Source: Thermotogota bacterium (GTDB lineage: Bacteria > Thermotogota > Thermotogae > Petrotogales > Petrotogaceae). From it: 22,984 nt of DNA. The stretch's first letter is position 1; each line of letters opens with the position of its first letter. The notes below the pieces were generated by a model. The model ran no database searches. It worked only from the letters and a program-made list of their open reading frames with translations, and had not been told where the DNA came from. Positions 7,353-16,089 of this stretch are shown one piece after another. The stretch lies in contig JBNJGY010000034.1 in the NCBI GenBank assembly GCA_051748045.1, forward strand, positions 1 through 22,984, written 5' to 3'. The position numbers and the translations under genes were made by a program.

Positions 7353-7889
7353 ATGATTTTAGAAACAGATAGATTGATTATTAGACGTTTTAAACCAACA
7401 GATTGGAATGATTTACATGACTACCTTTCAGATGAAAAAGTTGTAGAATTCGAGCCCTATGAAGTTTTTACAAAAGAAGAATCTAAAAAGTCAGCCATTT
7501 TTAGAGCCAGCAGTAGTATGTTTTTAGCAGTTGTATTGAAAAAAAATAAAAAAGTAATAGGTAACCTTTACTATAACCAAGTTGATCCGAAATATTTCAT
7601 GACCTGGGAAATGGGTTTTGTCTTTAACTCAAGCTATTGGAAAAAAGGTTATGCTTATGAAGCATCAAAAAAGTTACAAAAATATATTTTTAAAGAATTA
7701 GAAGCTCATAGAATCATCGCCAATTGTAATGTAGAGAACCATAATTCTTGGAAACTTCTTGAAAGATTAAATATGAGGAGAGAAGGTAATTTTAAGAAAG
7801 TGGCTTTTTTCAAGTTTGATTCAGAAAAAAATCCTATATGGCATGATTCTTATCTTTATGCAATTTTGAACGAAGAGTTTTTTATTTAA
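7353..7889 (+). CDS. GNAT acetyltransferase, RimJ/RimL subfamily
   Basis: LETDRLIIRRF, YWKKGYAYEA, NVENHNSWKLLERLNMRREG. GGAGG upstream of ATG 7353. Confidence 0.92.
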   Translation: MILETDRLIIRRFKPTDWNDLHDYLSDEKVVEFEPYEVFTKEESKKSAIFRASSSMFLAVVLKKNKKVIGNLYYNQVDPKYFMTWEMGFVFNSSYWKKGYAYEASKKLQKYIFKELEAHRIIANCNVENHNSWKLLERLNMRREGNFKKVAFFKFDSEKNPIWHDSYLYAILNEEFFI

Positions 7890-7922
7890 TTTATGATTTT
7901 AATTATTATATTTTTTACATCT

Positions 7923-7951
7923 TTGTAATTTTACATGAATTATGATATAAT
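7923..7951 (+). promoter_or_regulatory. Promoter for the diguanylate cyclase
   Basis: TTGTAA (7923-7928), 17 bp, TATAAT (7946-7951), with TGn extension. Confidence 0.6.
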
Positions 7952-7985
7952 AATCTTAGTTTTTATATAGTTTTTGGAGGATTTT

Positions 7986-9359
7986 ATGAAAAATGATGAA
8001 ATAGGTTTAATTTTTAAAAATATTATGGATAGTAAAAATGTCGGTCTTTTTGTTTTAAAAGACCATAAGGTTAAGTATATTAATAATAATTTCAAAAATT
8101 ATCTTAATAAACTTGGGATAGAGCCATCCCATAGAACTCTTTTTGAGATTAATAAAAATTATAATCAAGATTTTAAAATTTACAAAAAATATTCTTTTCT
8201 AAAAGAGCTGTTGATAAAATATGAAAAATTTAATATGAGTGATGATGAAGAAAGTATTAATTATTCTATGGCATTTGCAAAATTTGATATAGAAATTTTT
8301 TATAATGCTTTTATACATAATGGAGAAAAATACAATATCTTTACTATAAAACCATTACATAAAAACCTCAAAGTGCTAAATAACAAATTTTTTGATATTT
8401 CAAAAAAGATAAATCAGTTATCTTTTAAGAACCTTTCAAAATCTAGTTTCAATAGTTATGAAATTTTTAATCAAATTTTTTCAATTTTAAAAAAAGAGCT
8501 AATGCTTGATGCTTTTGTTGTAGCATTAGAATATAAAAATGATATTAAAATTAGTTTTGGTAAAATAAAGGACAATGATTTTTCTGGTATATTTTTACCT
8601 AATCATTCTTTAACTGGATATATTTGTAATCAAGAAAAAAGTGTTTACATAAAAAATTCTTTGGAAATAGATATTCCAAAGAAAATCAAAGTTTTTCATG
8701 TTGCGAAACCTGAAATCTACTCAGTCTTTGGTATACCCTTTGATGATGGTAATGGTTCAAAAGGGGCTATTTTGTTTGAAAGAAAAGGTTATGATAATTT
8801 CATAAACCATGAAATAAAACTTTTAGAGGAACTTTCATATACTATTCTATCTATTTTAAAATATGCAAAATTGTATGAGGATTTGATCAAAGAGAAAGAA
8901 AAACTCTATGATATTGCTATAAAAGACAAGTTAACTAATGCCTACAACAGAGTTTTTTTAAGCGAATATTTACAAAATGCTCTTGAAAAAGCCGAAAGGT
9001 ATGATGAGAAGTTTATTTTAATTTTTGTTGATATAGATGGTTTCAAAGATATTAACGATAAATTTGGGCATAATTATGGAGATACTTGCTTGGTATTTTT
9101 CGCTGAAACAATCTTTGATTGTATTAGAAAATCTGATATTTTAGCCAGATATGGAGGAGACGAATTTTTAATAGTTTTAAACGAAACTAGTTTGAAAGAG
9201 GGAAAGAAAATTATAGAAAGAATTGATAAAAAACTTAAAAACTCACATTTCAACCTTTCTATTTCTTACGGTTTGTTTGAACTGGATAAAAATCTGTCTA
9301 TTGAAGATAATTTGAACAAAGTTGATAAATTAATGTATGAAATGAAATATAATAAATGA
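7986..9359 (+). CDS. GAF-domain diguanylate cyclase (GGDEF)
   Basis: DKLTNAYNR, DIDGFKDINDKFGHNYGD, I-site RKSD, intact RYGGDEF. GAF-like central region. GGAGG before ATG 7986. Confidence 0.93.
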   Translation: MKNDEIGLIFKNIMDSKNVGLFVLKDHKVKYINNNFKNYLNKLGIEPSHRTLFEINKNYNQDFKIYKKYSFLKELLIKYEKFNMSDDEESINYSMAFAKFDIEIFYNAFIHNGEKYNIFTIKPLHKNLKVLNNKFFDISKKINQLSFKNLSKSSFNSYEIFNQIFSILKKELMLDAFVVALEYKNDIKISFGKIKDNDFSGIFLPNHSLTGYICNQEKSVYIKNSLEIDIPKKIKVFHVAKPEIYSVFGIPFDDGNGSKGAILFERKGYDNFINHEIKLLEELSYTILSILKYAKLYEDLIKEKEKLYDIAIKDKLTNAYNRVFLSEYLQNALEKAERYDEKFILIFVDIDGFKDINDKFGHNYGDTCLVFFAETIFDCIRKSDILARYGGDEFLIVLNETSLKEGKKIIERIDKKLKNSHFNLSISYGLFELDKNLSIEDNLNKVDKLMYEMKYNK

Positions 9360-9386
9360 AGCAGATTAAATCTGCTTCATTTTTTT
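9354..9386. terminator. Bidirectional terminator between convergent genes
   Basis: AAATGAAGCAGAT-taa-ATCTGCTTCATTT followed by a T run. Confidence 0.85.
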
Positions 9387-11517
9387 AATTTAATATAAAG
9401 GGTAGAGATCTGGCATTTCTCATGAATATATCAAAGGAATTTTTCTTTCGTTCTAATAGTAATGGTATTGTTTTCCACGTATCCCAAGTTATTTTTTCTG
9501 TTTCAATAATTTCCTCTCCGAAAACTGTAGTTATATTTATTCCATCAGTCTCTCTATAACTCATTTTGTTTTCCGCCTCATATCCATATAATATATATCT
9601 CTTGCTTGGATCAGAAAACTGTAAAATAACCCATGGAATTCTTATTTTTAAAGATTTAGTATCATAAACAACTGCGTCTAAACTAGTTTCAATTTCAGAA
9701 AACTCTCTAATTTTTAGTTTTCCTATTTTTTGATACTGTTCAGGAAGACTGTTACCATACCCATCTGTGTAAGCTTGCCTATTTTGCCAAGTTACAAGAT
9801 TCCAAACTCCATCATCGCTATTTTGTGGATGCCAATTTGTAACACTTGTTGATTCATAAGATTTTTCCGATTTTATAATGGGATTATCAAACCAAATACC
9901 TTTTAGATCATATTCATTAGTCACATAAAAATTCGCAGTTGCCTCTTCTTCAATATATTTTTTTATTTCTAATAAAAACTCTGATCCCATTTCTATTTCT
10001 TTTCCATTTAATAGTTTTCTCTCACCAATATTTTTATTATATGTATTAAAAGCAATATATATTTTATCAGTGTAATTATTTTCTAATACTATATTTAAAT
10101 AAAAAAACTGATGATCAATAAACGTCTCAATTTTTTTTACATATTTTTTTGAATCATTTTTTATAGATAAAAGTGTTAATTCTTTTTTAGGAAGCATATT
10201 CTTAGTTTCAAATGTTAACAGCCCATAATTTTGTTCTCCGTTTGTCATATCATGCCAAAGTCTATAATCCTCTCTAGGGAATGTCAAAGGTTCTGTTATC
10301 CAAAAATTTTTCCACCATTCGTCAAATAATGAAAAATAAGCACCGCCAGCTAACCCAAGATCATAAAATCCATTTATCATATCAACTGAATATTCTCCTT
10401 GTTCTACTTCTGTATGTCCTCCATGATTCATTCCTGAATCAGCATATTTTGCATTTCCCCAGCTTGAAGGAACTCCGTATTCGGCTATGAAAAGAGGAAT
10501 ATTATCATATTTAGCTCTTAACTCTTTTAGATATTCGAAATAAGGGTTTTCTCCTTCAACATCGTATTTCTCATCTTCGTCTATGAATTCAGGGTAATAA
10601 GGATAGGCATGATAACTGGCAAAATAACCAGTGCTTGATTTTCTTTTTTGTATTTTATACAACTGTAGTTCTGCCACATCTTCTTCTGTGACTTCTGAAG
10701 GGTGGTTTAAGGGGTCTAGTGTTGGCCAACTAGAAAAACTAATTGGTCTTTCATTGTTGTAATTATCTTTTTCATATTCAGCTAAATAATCTATTTTTTC
10801 TACAATCCAAGCTGTAGATTTTGGTACATCTGCTATAGAAAAATATATACCTTCATAGGATTCAAGTTCAACGTCTTCTTCAGCATTCATAGCTCCATCT
10901 GTTGCTTCTAGTTCTGCAGGTTCTACTTCGCGTCCAATAATCCATCCCATAACCCAAGGAGATATATTATACTCATATTTCCCCCATGCCTTTCCATATC
11001 TCTGATCTATTTCTATATCTCCATGTATAGCCTGAACATTTTCTTGTATTTCTAGTTCAAACTGTTTATTATGTTCTTCAAGTGATACTTCTCCTTTATA
11101 ATTCAACCAAATACCGTGCAGAACATACATGGGGTTTTCAGGATTTTTTAGATTATATTCTTGTAGAGATTGATAAAAATGTGGTCTATGCAGAGTATAA
11201 ATTCTTATGACGTTTATTCCATTATCTCCTAATATTTTAAACCATCTATCATAATAATCTTTTGGTATATTTGTCTCACCTGGTTGTTTACCTGGTAACG
11301 CAACACCAAGATTAACGGCATTAATAAAAATGTCTTGAGTCGTATCATTTGCTTTGTTGTATTTTTGTAAATGATCGTTTCCGGTTGTAAACAAATAACC
11401 ATCATATTCAAACTGTGATTGGTCTATTAAATTATCTTGCACTGAATCTTCTTTTAAAATACATCCAGAAAAAATAAAAATAATTGATAAAAGTATTAAA
11501 ATATAAATTTTTTTCAT
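9385..11517 (-). CDS. Lipoprotein with GH-A-clan (GH2-like) TIM-barrel glycoside hydrolase domain
   Basis: Lipobox IFSGC (Cys19), GINVIRIYT, candidate acid/base IGREVEP, SYHAYPYYP, candidate nucleophile IAEYG, FDEWWK. Confidence 0.75.
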   Translation of the reverse strand: MKKIYILILLSIIFIFSGCILKEDSVQDNLIDQSQFEYDGYLFTTGNDHLQKYNKANDTTQDIFINAVNLGVALPGKQPGETNIPKDYYDRWFKILGDNGINVIRIYTLHRPHFYQSLQEYNLKNPENPMYVLHGIWLNYKGEVSLEEHNKQFELEIQENVQAIHGDIEIDQRYGKAWGKYEYNISPWVMGWIIGREVEPAELEATDGAMNAEEDVELESYEGIYFSIADVPKSTAWIVEKIDYLAEYEKDNYNNERPISFSSWPTLDPLNHPSEVTEEDVAELQLYKIQKRKSSTGYFASYHAYPYYPEFIDEDEKYDVEGENPYFEYLKELRAKYDNIPLFIAEYGVPSSWGNAKYADSGMNHGGHTEVEQGEYSVDMINGFYDLGLAGGAYFSLFDEWWKNFWITEPLTFPREDYRLWHDMTNGEQNYGLLTFETKNMLPKKELTLLSIKNDSKKYVKKIETFIDHQFFYLNIVLENNYTDKIYIAFNTYNKNIGERKLLNGKEIEMGSEFLLEIKKYIEEEATANFYVTNEYDLKGIWFDNPIIKSEKSYESTSVTNWHPQNSDDGVWNLVTWQNRQAYTDGYGNSLPEQYQKIGKLKIREFSEIETSLDAVVYDTKSLKIRIPWVILQFSDPSKRYILYGYEAENKMSYRETDGINITTVFGEEIIETEKITWDTWKTIPLLLERKKNSFDIFMRNARSLPFILN

Positions 11518-11540
11518 AATTAACCCCCGAATATTAGTAT

Positions 11541-11569
11541 ATTATAATTATATACTAAAACTGTTTCAA
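11541..11569 (-). promoter_or_regulatory. Promoter for the GH-like lipoprotein
   Basis: TTGAAA (11569-11564), 17 bp, TATAAT (11546-11541). Confidence 0.7.
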
Positions 11570-11591
11570 TTTTTTATTTATTTGTTATGTT

Positions 11592-12434
11592 TTATATATA
11601 TTCGATTTCTTTTAAAAATCTTTCTGTAGCGTTTTTCCAGTTTGGTAATTTTTGTTTTGTAATTTTATTGTATTTGGCGTTATCCAGAACAGAATTTTTA
11701 GGTCTTTTTGCTGGAAGATCAAAATATTCTCTTTTTACTTTTTTAATTTTACCTTCCCATCTTATTTTATTCAATATATATTCTGCCCATTCATATCTTG
11801 TACAAGATGAATTTGTAATATGGTATGTTCCATATTGATTTGTATTTATTAATTCTAATGTAGCTTTTACTAAATCAACAGTATAAGTTGGAGAGCTTAT
11901 TTCATCTGTAGTAATTTTCAAATTATCACTTTCTTTTGCCCAACCTATTACTTTTTTAGGAAAATTTTCTCCTTCTTTCCCAAATAACCAAGAAGTTCTA
12001 ATAAGAAAAAAATTATCTGCTTTTTTTATCTCTCTTTCTCCTAATTCTTTACTTTTTCCGTATTTATTTATTGGATCAGGTGTATCTTTTTCTTTATAAT
12101 ATCCTTTATCACCTGAGAAAACATAATCTGTCGAAAAATGTATTATTTCTGTATTTATTTCATTGGATATTTTAACTATATTTTTAACTCCTACTGTATT
12201 GATTTCATATGCTTTGTTCCAGTCTCTTTCTGCTTTATCTACATCTGTGTAAGCAGCACAGTTTATTATATGAGTTATTCTCTTGTAATTATTTAAGAAT
12301 TCTCTCATTTTTACTATATTTGTTATGTCAAAGTCTTCTTTAGTAGTTGGAATATGGTTAATTTTATTTTCATTAAAATAATTTTGAAATTCTCTTCCAA
12401 GTTGTCCATTTGAACCTGTAATTAAAAATTTCAT
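11592..12434 (-). CDS. rfbD: dTDP-4-dehydrorhamnose reductase
   Basis: ITGSNGQLG, NCAAYTDVDKAE, STDYVF, YGKSK (YxxxK), RTSWLF, SPTY, PAKRP. ATG 12434 behind GAGGTG. Confidence 0.95.
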   Translation of the reverse strand: MKFLITGSNGQLGREFQNYFNENKINHIPTTKEDFDITNIVKMREFLNNYKRITHIINCAAYTDVDKAERDWNKAYEINTVGVKNIVKISNEINTEIIHFSTDYVFSGDKGYYKEKDTPDPINKYGKSKELGEREIKKADNFFLIRTSWLFGKEGENFPKKVIGWAKESDNLKITTDEISSPTYTVDLVKATLELINTNQYGTYHITNSSCTRYEWAEYILNKIRWEGKIKKVKREYFDLPAKRPKNSVLDNAKYNKITKQKLPNWKNATERFLKEIEYI

Positions 12435-12575
12435 AATCTTCACCTCTTTTTTGTTATAATTTAATTGTATCGCATAGTAAGATAAATTCTGAATAATTTG
12501 ATGTAGTATGAAGTTTCATTTATTATTTTATATTACCCATTAATTTTCGTAGAAAATTATTTGTTTTAAAATATT

Positions 12576-12594
12576 AATTTCACTCTGTGAAATT
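12576..12594. promoter_or_regulatory. Palindrome, possible transcription-factor site
   Basis: AATTTCAC-tct-GTGAAATT, a perfect 8-bp inverted repeat in the rmlD/dsrE divergent gap. Confidence 0.35.
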
Positions 12595-12600
12595 TACTGA

Positions 12601-12643
12601 TGAGTTTTCTCCATGCGCTGTCGCTTAGTCGAAATGACAGTTA
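12601..12643. repeat. REP-like short element of the TGTCATTTCGAC...GCG...GGAGAAATCT type
   Basis: Reverse complement reads CTGTCATTTCGACTAAGCGACAGCGCATGGAGAAAACTCA, a GC-rich island in AT-rich intergenic DNA. Family resemblance is from memory. A second degenerate copy is at 407-440. Confidence 0.6.
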
Positions 12644-12757
12644 TGACTAATTTAACTACGTTTTTTATTTCCATCTTTCAACAAAAATCATTTCATGTTT
12701 TTTAATTGTTAGAAGAGAGAAGTTGAAAGTAATTTATTTTAAAAAGGAGGAGTTAAA

Positions 12758-13096
12758 ATGAAAATGGTAGCTTTTTTTGCTTTTAAAGGAGATTCTCTAT
12801 GTTTTAATCATTTGCTTTTAAATGCCATCAACTTGAAAGAAAATGGCCATGATGCTAAGATAATTTTTGAAGGTGAAGCTGTTAAATTACCAAAAGAATT
12901 TATTGAAAAAGACCATCCATTATTCAATAAAGCAAAAGAATTAGGCTTATTAGATTGTATTTGTAAAGCGTGTTCTCAACAATTCGAAGTTTTAGATTAC
13001 AATGAAAATTCTGGGATCCCTGTTAAAGGTGATATGAAAGGTCATCCTTCTATGAGACAATATATGGAGCAAGGTTATGAGGTTATTACTCTGTAA
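12758..13096 (+). CDS. DsrE/DsrF-like family protein
   Basis: About 110 aa, KIIFEGEAVKL, CICKACS, GHPSMRQYMEQGYEVITL. Strong AAGGAGG SD. Confidence 0.75.
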   Translation: MKMVAFFAFKGDSLCFNHLLLNAINLKENGHDAKIIFEGEAVKLPKEFIEKDHPLFNKAKELGLLDCICKACSQQFEVLDYNENSGIPVKGDMKGHPSMRQYMEQGYEVITL

Positions 13097-13102
13097 ATAA
13101 GT

Positions 13103-13130
13103 TTGATTTTGTTTTATTATGAGTTATAAT
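13103..13130 (+). promoter_or_regulatory. Candidate promoter for the ubiD operon
   Basis: TTGATT (13103-13108), 16 bp, TATAAT (13125-13130). A second TATAAT lies at 13178-13183. Confidence 0.45.
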
Positions 13131-13148
13131 TTAATAGAATATATATTT

Positions 13149-13172
13149 GCGGACAATATTTTGTCCGCTTTT
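13149..13172 (+). terminator. GC-rich inverted repeat: dsrE terminator, attenuator or operator
   Basis: GCGGACAA-tatt-TTGTCCGC followed by TTTT. Confidence 0.55.
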
Positions 13173-13218
13173 AATATTATAATTTAGTTCAATGTTTGAA
13201 TTATAAAAGAGGTGAAGT

Positions 13219-14658
13219 ATGGCTTTTAAAGATTTACAAGATTTCATTAATTTTTTAGAAGAAAAAAATGAACTAATAAGAGTTAAAACTGAAGTTGATA
13301 GCAATTTAGAAATCACAGAAATCGTTGATAGAGTTTCAAAAGATTATGGACCTGCTTTGTTATTTGAAAATGTTAAAAATTCAAATTATCCTGTTCTAAT
13401 AAATGCTTTTGGTTCTTACGAAAGAATGGCAATGTCTTTAGGTGTTGAGAATCTTGATAATATAGCTGAAGATATTCTTGAATTAATGGACGTTTCAAGT
13501 TATGTTAGCCTTATGAACAAGATAAAATCTATCCCTAAGCTTACTAGAATGCTAAAAGTTTTCCCTAAAAAAGTGAATAATGGAGCATGTCAAGAAGTCA
13601 TTGAGGAAGCTGATTTAGACTCATTGCCAGTATTAAAATGCTGGCCTGAAGACGGGGGACCTTTTATGACTTTACCTCTTGTTATTACTAAAGATCCAGA
13701 AACAGGTATGCAGAACATGGGCATGTATAGACTTCAAGTTTATGATAAGAAAACTACTGGAATGCACTGGCATCTTCACAAAGATGGGAAATCTATTTAT
13801 GAAAAATATAAAAAAATGGGTAAAAGAATGCCTGTTAATGTAGCTTTTGGTTGTGACCCTGCTGTTACCTATGCTGCAACAGCTCCATTACCAAAAGAAA
13901 TAGATGAAATTCTTTTTGCGGGTTTTTTGAGAAAGAAACCTGTTGAATTGGTTAAGGCTACTACTAATGACATTTATGTACCTGCTAACGCTGAATTTGT
14001 ATTAGAGGGATATGTTGATATTGATGAATTAAAAAAAGAGGGTCCATTTGGAGACCATACAGGATATTATTCTCTAGCAGATCTTTACCCTGTTTTTCAT
14101 GTTGAAAAAATCACAAGAAAGAAAAACCCTGTTTATCCAGCAACAGTAGTAGGTAAACCACCAATGGAAGACTGTTATATGGGAAAAGCTACTGAAAGAA
14201 TTTTTCTTCCTTTGATGAAAATGTATTTACCAGAAATAATCGATATGAATTTTCCTCTTGAAGGAGTTTTTCATAACTGCGTGATAGTTTCTATTGATAA
14301 AAAATATCCAGGTCATGCTAAAAAAGTAATGCACGGTTTATGGGGTATGGGTCAGATGATGTACACAAAAATGATCATTGTTGTAGATAAAGATGTTGAC
14401 CCACAGGACATTTCAACAGTAGCCTGGAAAGTCTTTAACAACATTGATGCTAAAAGAGATTTAGAAATAGTTAACGGACCTTTGGATGCTTTAGATCATG
14501 CTTCTAATCAACCACATTATGGAAATAAACTTGGTATTGATGCGACTAAAAAATGGAGCAGTGAAGGACATACTAGAGAATGGCCTAATGATATTGTTAT
14601 GTCAGATGAAGTCAAGAAAAAGGTAGATGATAAATGGAATGAATATGGTATTGACTAA
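13219..14658 (+). CDS. ubiD: UbiD-family prFMN-dependent decarboxylase (menaquinone biosynthesis decarboxylase / MqnL-like)
   Basis: GPALLFEN, CWPEDGGPF, NMGMYR, GMHWH, EGPFGDHTGYY, VGKPPMED, LDALDH, GIDATKK. Confidence 0.95.
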   Translation: MAFKDLQDFINFLEEKNELIRVKTEVDSNLEITEIVDRVSKDYGPALLFENVKNSNYPVLINAFGSYERMAMSLGVENLDNIAEDILELMDVSSYVSLMNKIKSIPKLTRMLKVFPKKVNNGACQEVIEEADLDSLPVLKCWPEDGGPFMTLPLVITKDPETGMQNMGMYRLQVYDKKTTGMHWHLHKDGKSIYEKYKKMGKRMPVNVAFGCDPAVTYAATAPLPKEIDEILFAGFLRKKPVELVKATTNDIYVPANAEFVLEGYVDIDELKKEGPFGDHTGYYSLADLYPVFHVEKITRKKNPVYPATVVGKPPMEDCYMGKATERIFLPLMKMYLPEIIDMNFPLEGVFHNCVIVSIDKKYPGHAKKVMHGLWGMGQMMYTKMIIVVDKDVDPQDISTVAWKVFNNIDAKRDLEIVNGPLDALDHASNQPHYGNKLGIDATKKWSSEGHTREWPNDIVMSDEVKKKVDDKWNEYGID

Positions 14659-15502
14659 AATAAGAAAATATGGTGAATTAGTAATGTTTTCACATATATT
14701 GTTTTCATTACCCTTTTCAATGGTGGCTATGTTTTGGGCTGCTCAAGGGATACCAGATTTCGTGACATTTATTTGGATCTTTTTAGCATTACTGGGAGCA
14801 AGAAATGGTGCTAACGCTCTAAACAGAATTGTTGATGCAAAAATAGATCAAAAAAACCCCAGAACATCTAAGAGACATATTCCAAAAGGTGAAGTTAAAA
14901 AAATAGAGGCTATTTTTTTAACTATAGTATTTTTCATGATGTATTTTATCGCTGCTTATAGCTTAAATAGATTAACTTTTATCTTATCACCTATTCCTAT
15001 TGTTATATTTTTTATTTATTCTTATTCAAAAAGATTTACTTGGTTTTGCCACATTATTTTGGGGATCGCTTGTGGAGGAGCTCCTGTTGGTGCTTGGCTT
15101 GCTGTTACAGGAAGTTTTGCTTGGCCTCCTATTTTGTTAGGAGCTGTTGTGACTTTTTGGGTAGCTGGGTTTGATGTAATTTATGCTACACAAGATTTCG
15201 ATTTTGATAAAAAAAACAACCTTAAATCTATACCTGTATTTTTTGGTATAAAAGGCTCTTTAATAATTTCAGCGATTCTACACATTCTATCTTTATGTTT
15301 ACTTTTCAGTCTATATTTTATAATGAATATGGGGATGACATATCTAATTGGTTTGATCTCCATCGCTGTTCTTCTTTTAGTGGAACATAAGATGGTTTCA
15401 CCAGATAATTTAAAGTCGATGAAAATAGCTTCTTATAGTATAAATCAAATTGTTAGTGTTTTATTTTTTATTTTTACATCTTTAGATATTTTTTTATTTT
15501 AA
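14645..15502 (+). CDS. ubiA: UbiA-family aromatic-acid polyprenyltransferase (MqnP-like)
   Basis: HILFSLPF, Asp-rich NRIVDAKIDQKNPRT..RHIP, YSYSKRF, GFDVIYATQDFDFD...SIP, multiple TM helices. Start overlaps the end of ubiD. Confidence 0.92.
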   Translation: MVLTKIRKYGELVMFSHILFSLPFSMVAMFWAAQGIPDFVTFIWIFLALLGARNGANALNRIVDAKIDQKNPRTSKRHIPKGEVKKIEAIFLTIVFFMMYFIAAYSLNRLTFILSPIPIVIFFIYSYSKRFTWFCHIILGIACGGAPVGAWLAVTGSFAWPPILLGAVVTFWVAGFDVIYATQDFDFDKKNNLKSIPVFFGIKGSLIISAILHILSLCLLFSLYFIMNMGMTYLIGLISIAVLLLVEHKMVSPDNLKSMKIASYSINQIVSVLFFIFTSLDIFLF

Positions 15503-15515
15503 AGGAGGAACTATA

Positions 15516-16088
15516 GTGAAAAAAGTAGCTGTTGGTATTACTGGAGCTAGTGGTAGTATTTTTGCCAAAAAAACTATTGAGAAATTAGTCGAGTTGGGGC
15601 ATCATGTTCATCTAGTAATAACAGACCAAGGTTTTGGAGTTATTGAACATGAACTAAACACTTCTATACCTGAATTTATAAGCCTTTTTGAGAACAACAT
15701 TGAAATTCACAACAACGATGATATGTTTTCTCCTATTGCAAGTGGCTCTTATAATTTAGATTCTTTAATTATTGTACCCTGTTCCATGGGCACTGTGGCA
15801 AAAATTACAAATGGTATTTCAGATAATCTCCTTTGTAGAGCTGCGGATGTTTGTATTAAAGAAAAAATAAATCTCACATTAGTCCCAAGAGAAACACCTT
15901 TAAATTCAATACATTTAGATAATTTGCTAAAATTGAGCAAAATGAATGTCAATATTGTTCCACCATTACCTTCTTTCTACGATCATCCTCAAAGTATTGA
16001 TGATATTATAGATAATTCAGTGGGAAGAATTTTAAAAAGCGCTGGAATTAATAATGATTTTTATAAAATATGGAATGGAGGAGATTAA
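15516..16088 (+). CDS. ubiX: Flavin prenyltransferase UbiX
   Basis: GITGASG, IASGS, PCSMGT, RAADV, RETP, PSFY. AAGGAGG SD. Confidence 0.96.
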   Translation: MKKVAVGITGASGSIFAKKTIEKLVELGHHVHLVITDQGFGVIEHELNTSIPEFISLFENNIEIHNNDDMFSPIASGSYNLDSLIIVPCSMGTVAKITNGISDNLLCRAADVCIKEKINLTLVPRETPLNSIHLDNLLKLSKMNVNIVPPLPSFYDHPQSIDDIIDNSVGRILKSAGINNDFYKIWNGGD

Positions 16089-16089
16089 T

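Noticed and set aside
12643-12650. ATGACTAA resembling the TetR no. 1 operator
   Set aside because: Only a half-site; the AGTCAT arm is missing.
14645-15502. UbiA-family protein as an ether-lipid (DGGGP) synthase or MenA
   Set aside because: Its motifs (HILFSLPF, NPRT..RHIP, GFDVIYATQD) and linkage to ubiD/ubiX fit aromatic-acid prenyltransferases. MenA decarboxylates its own substrate and does not need UbiD/UbiX.
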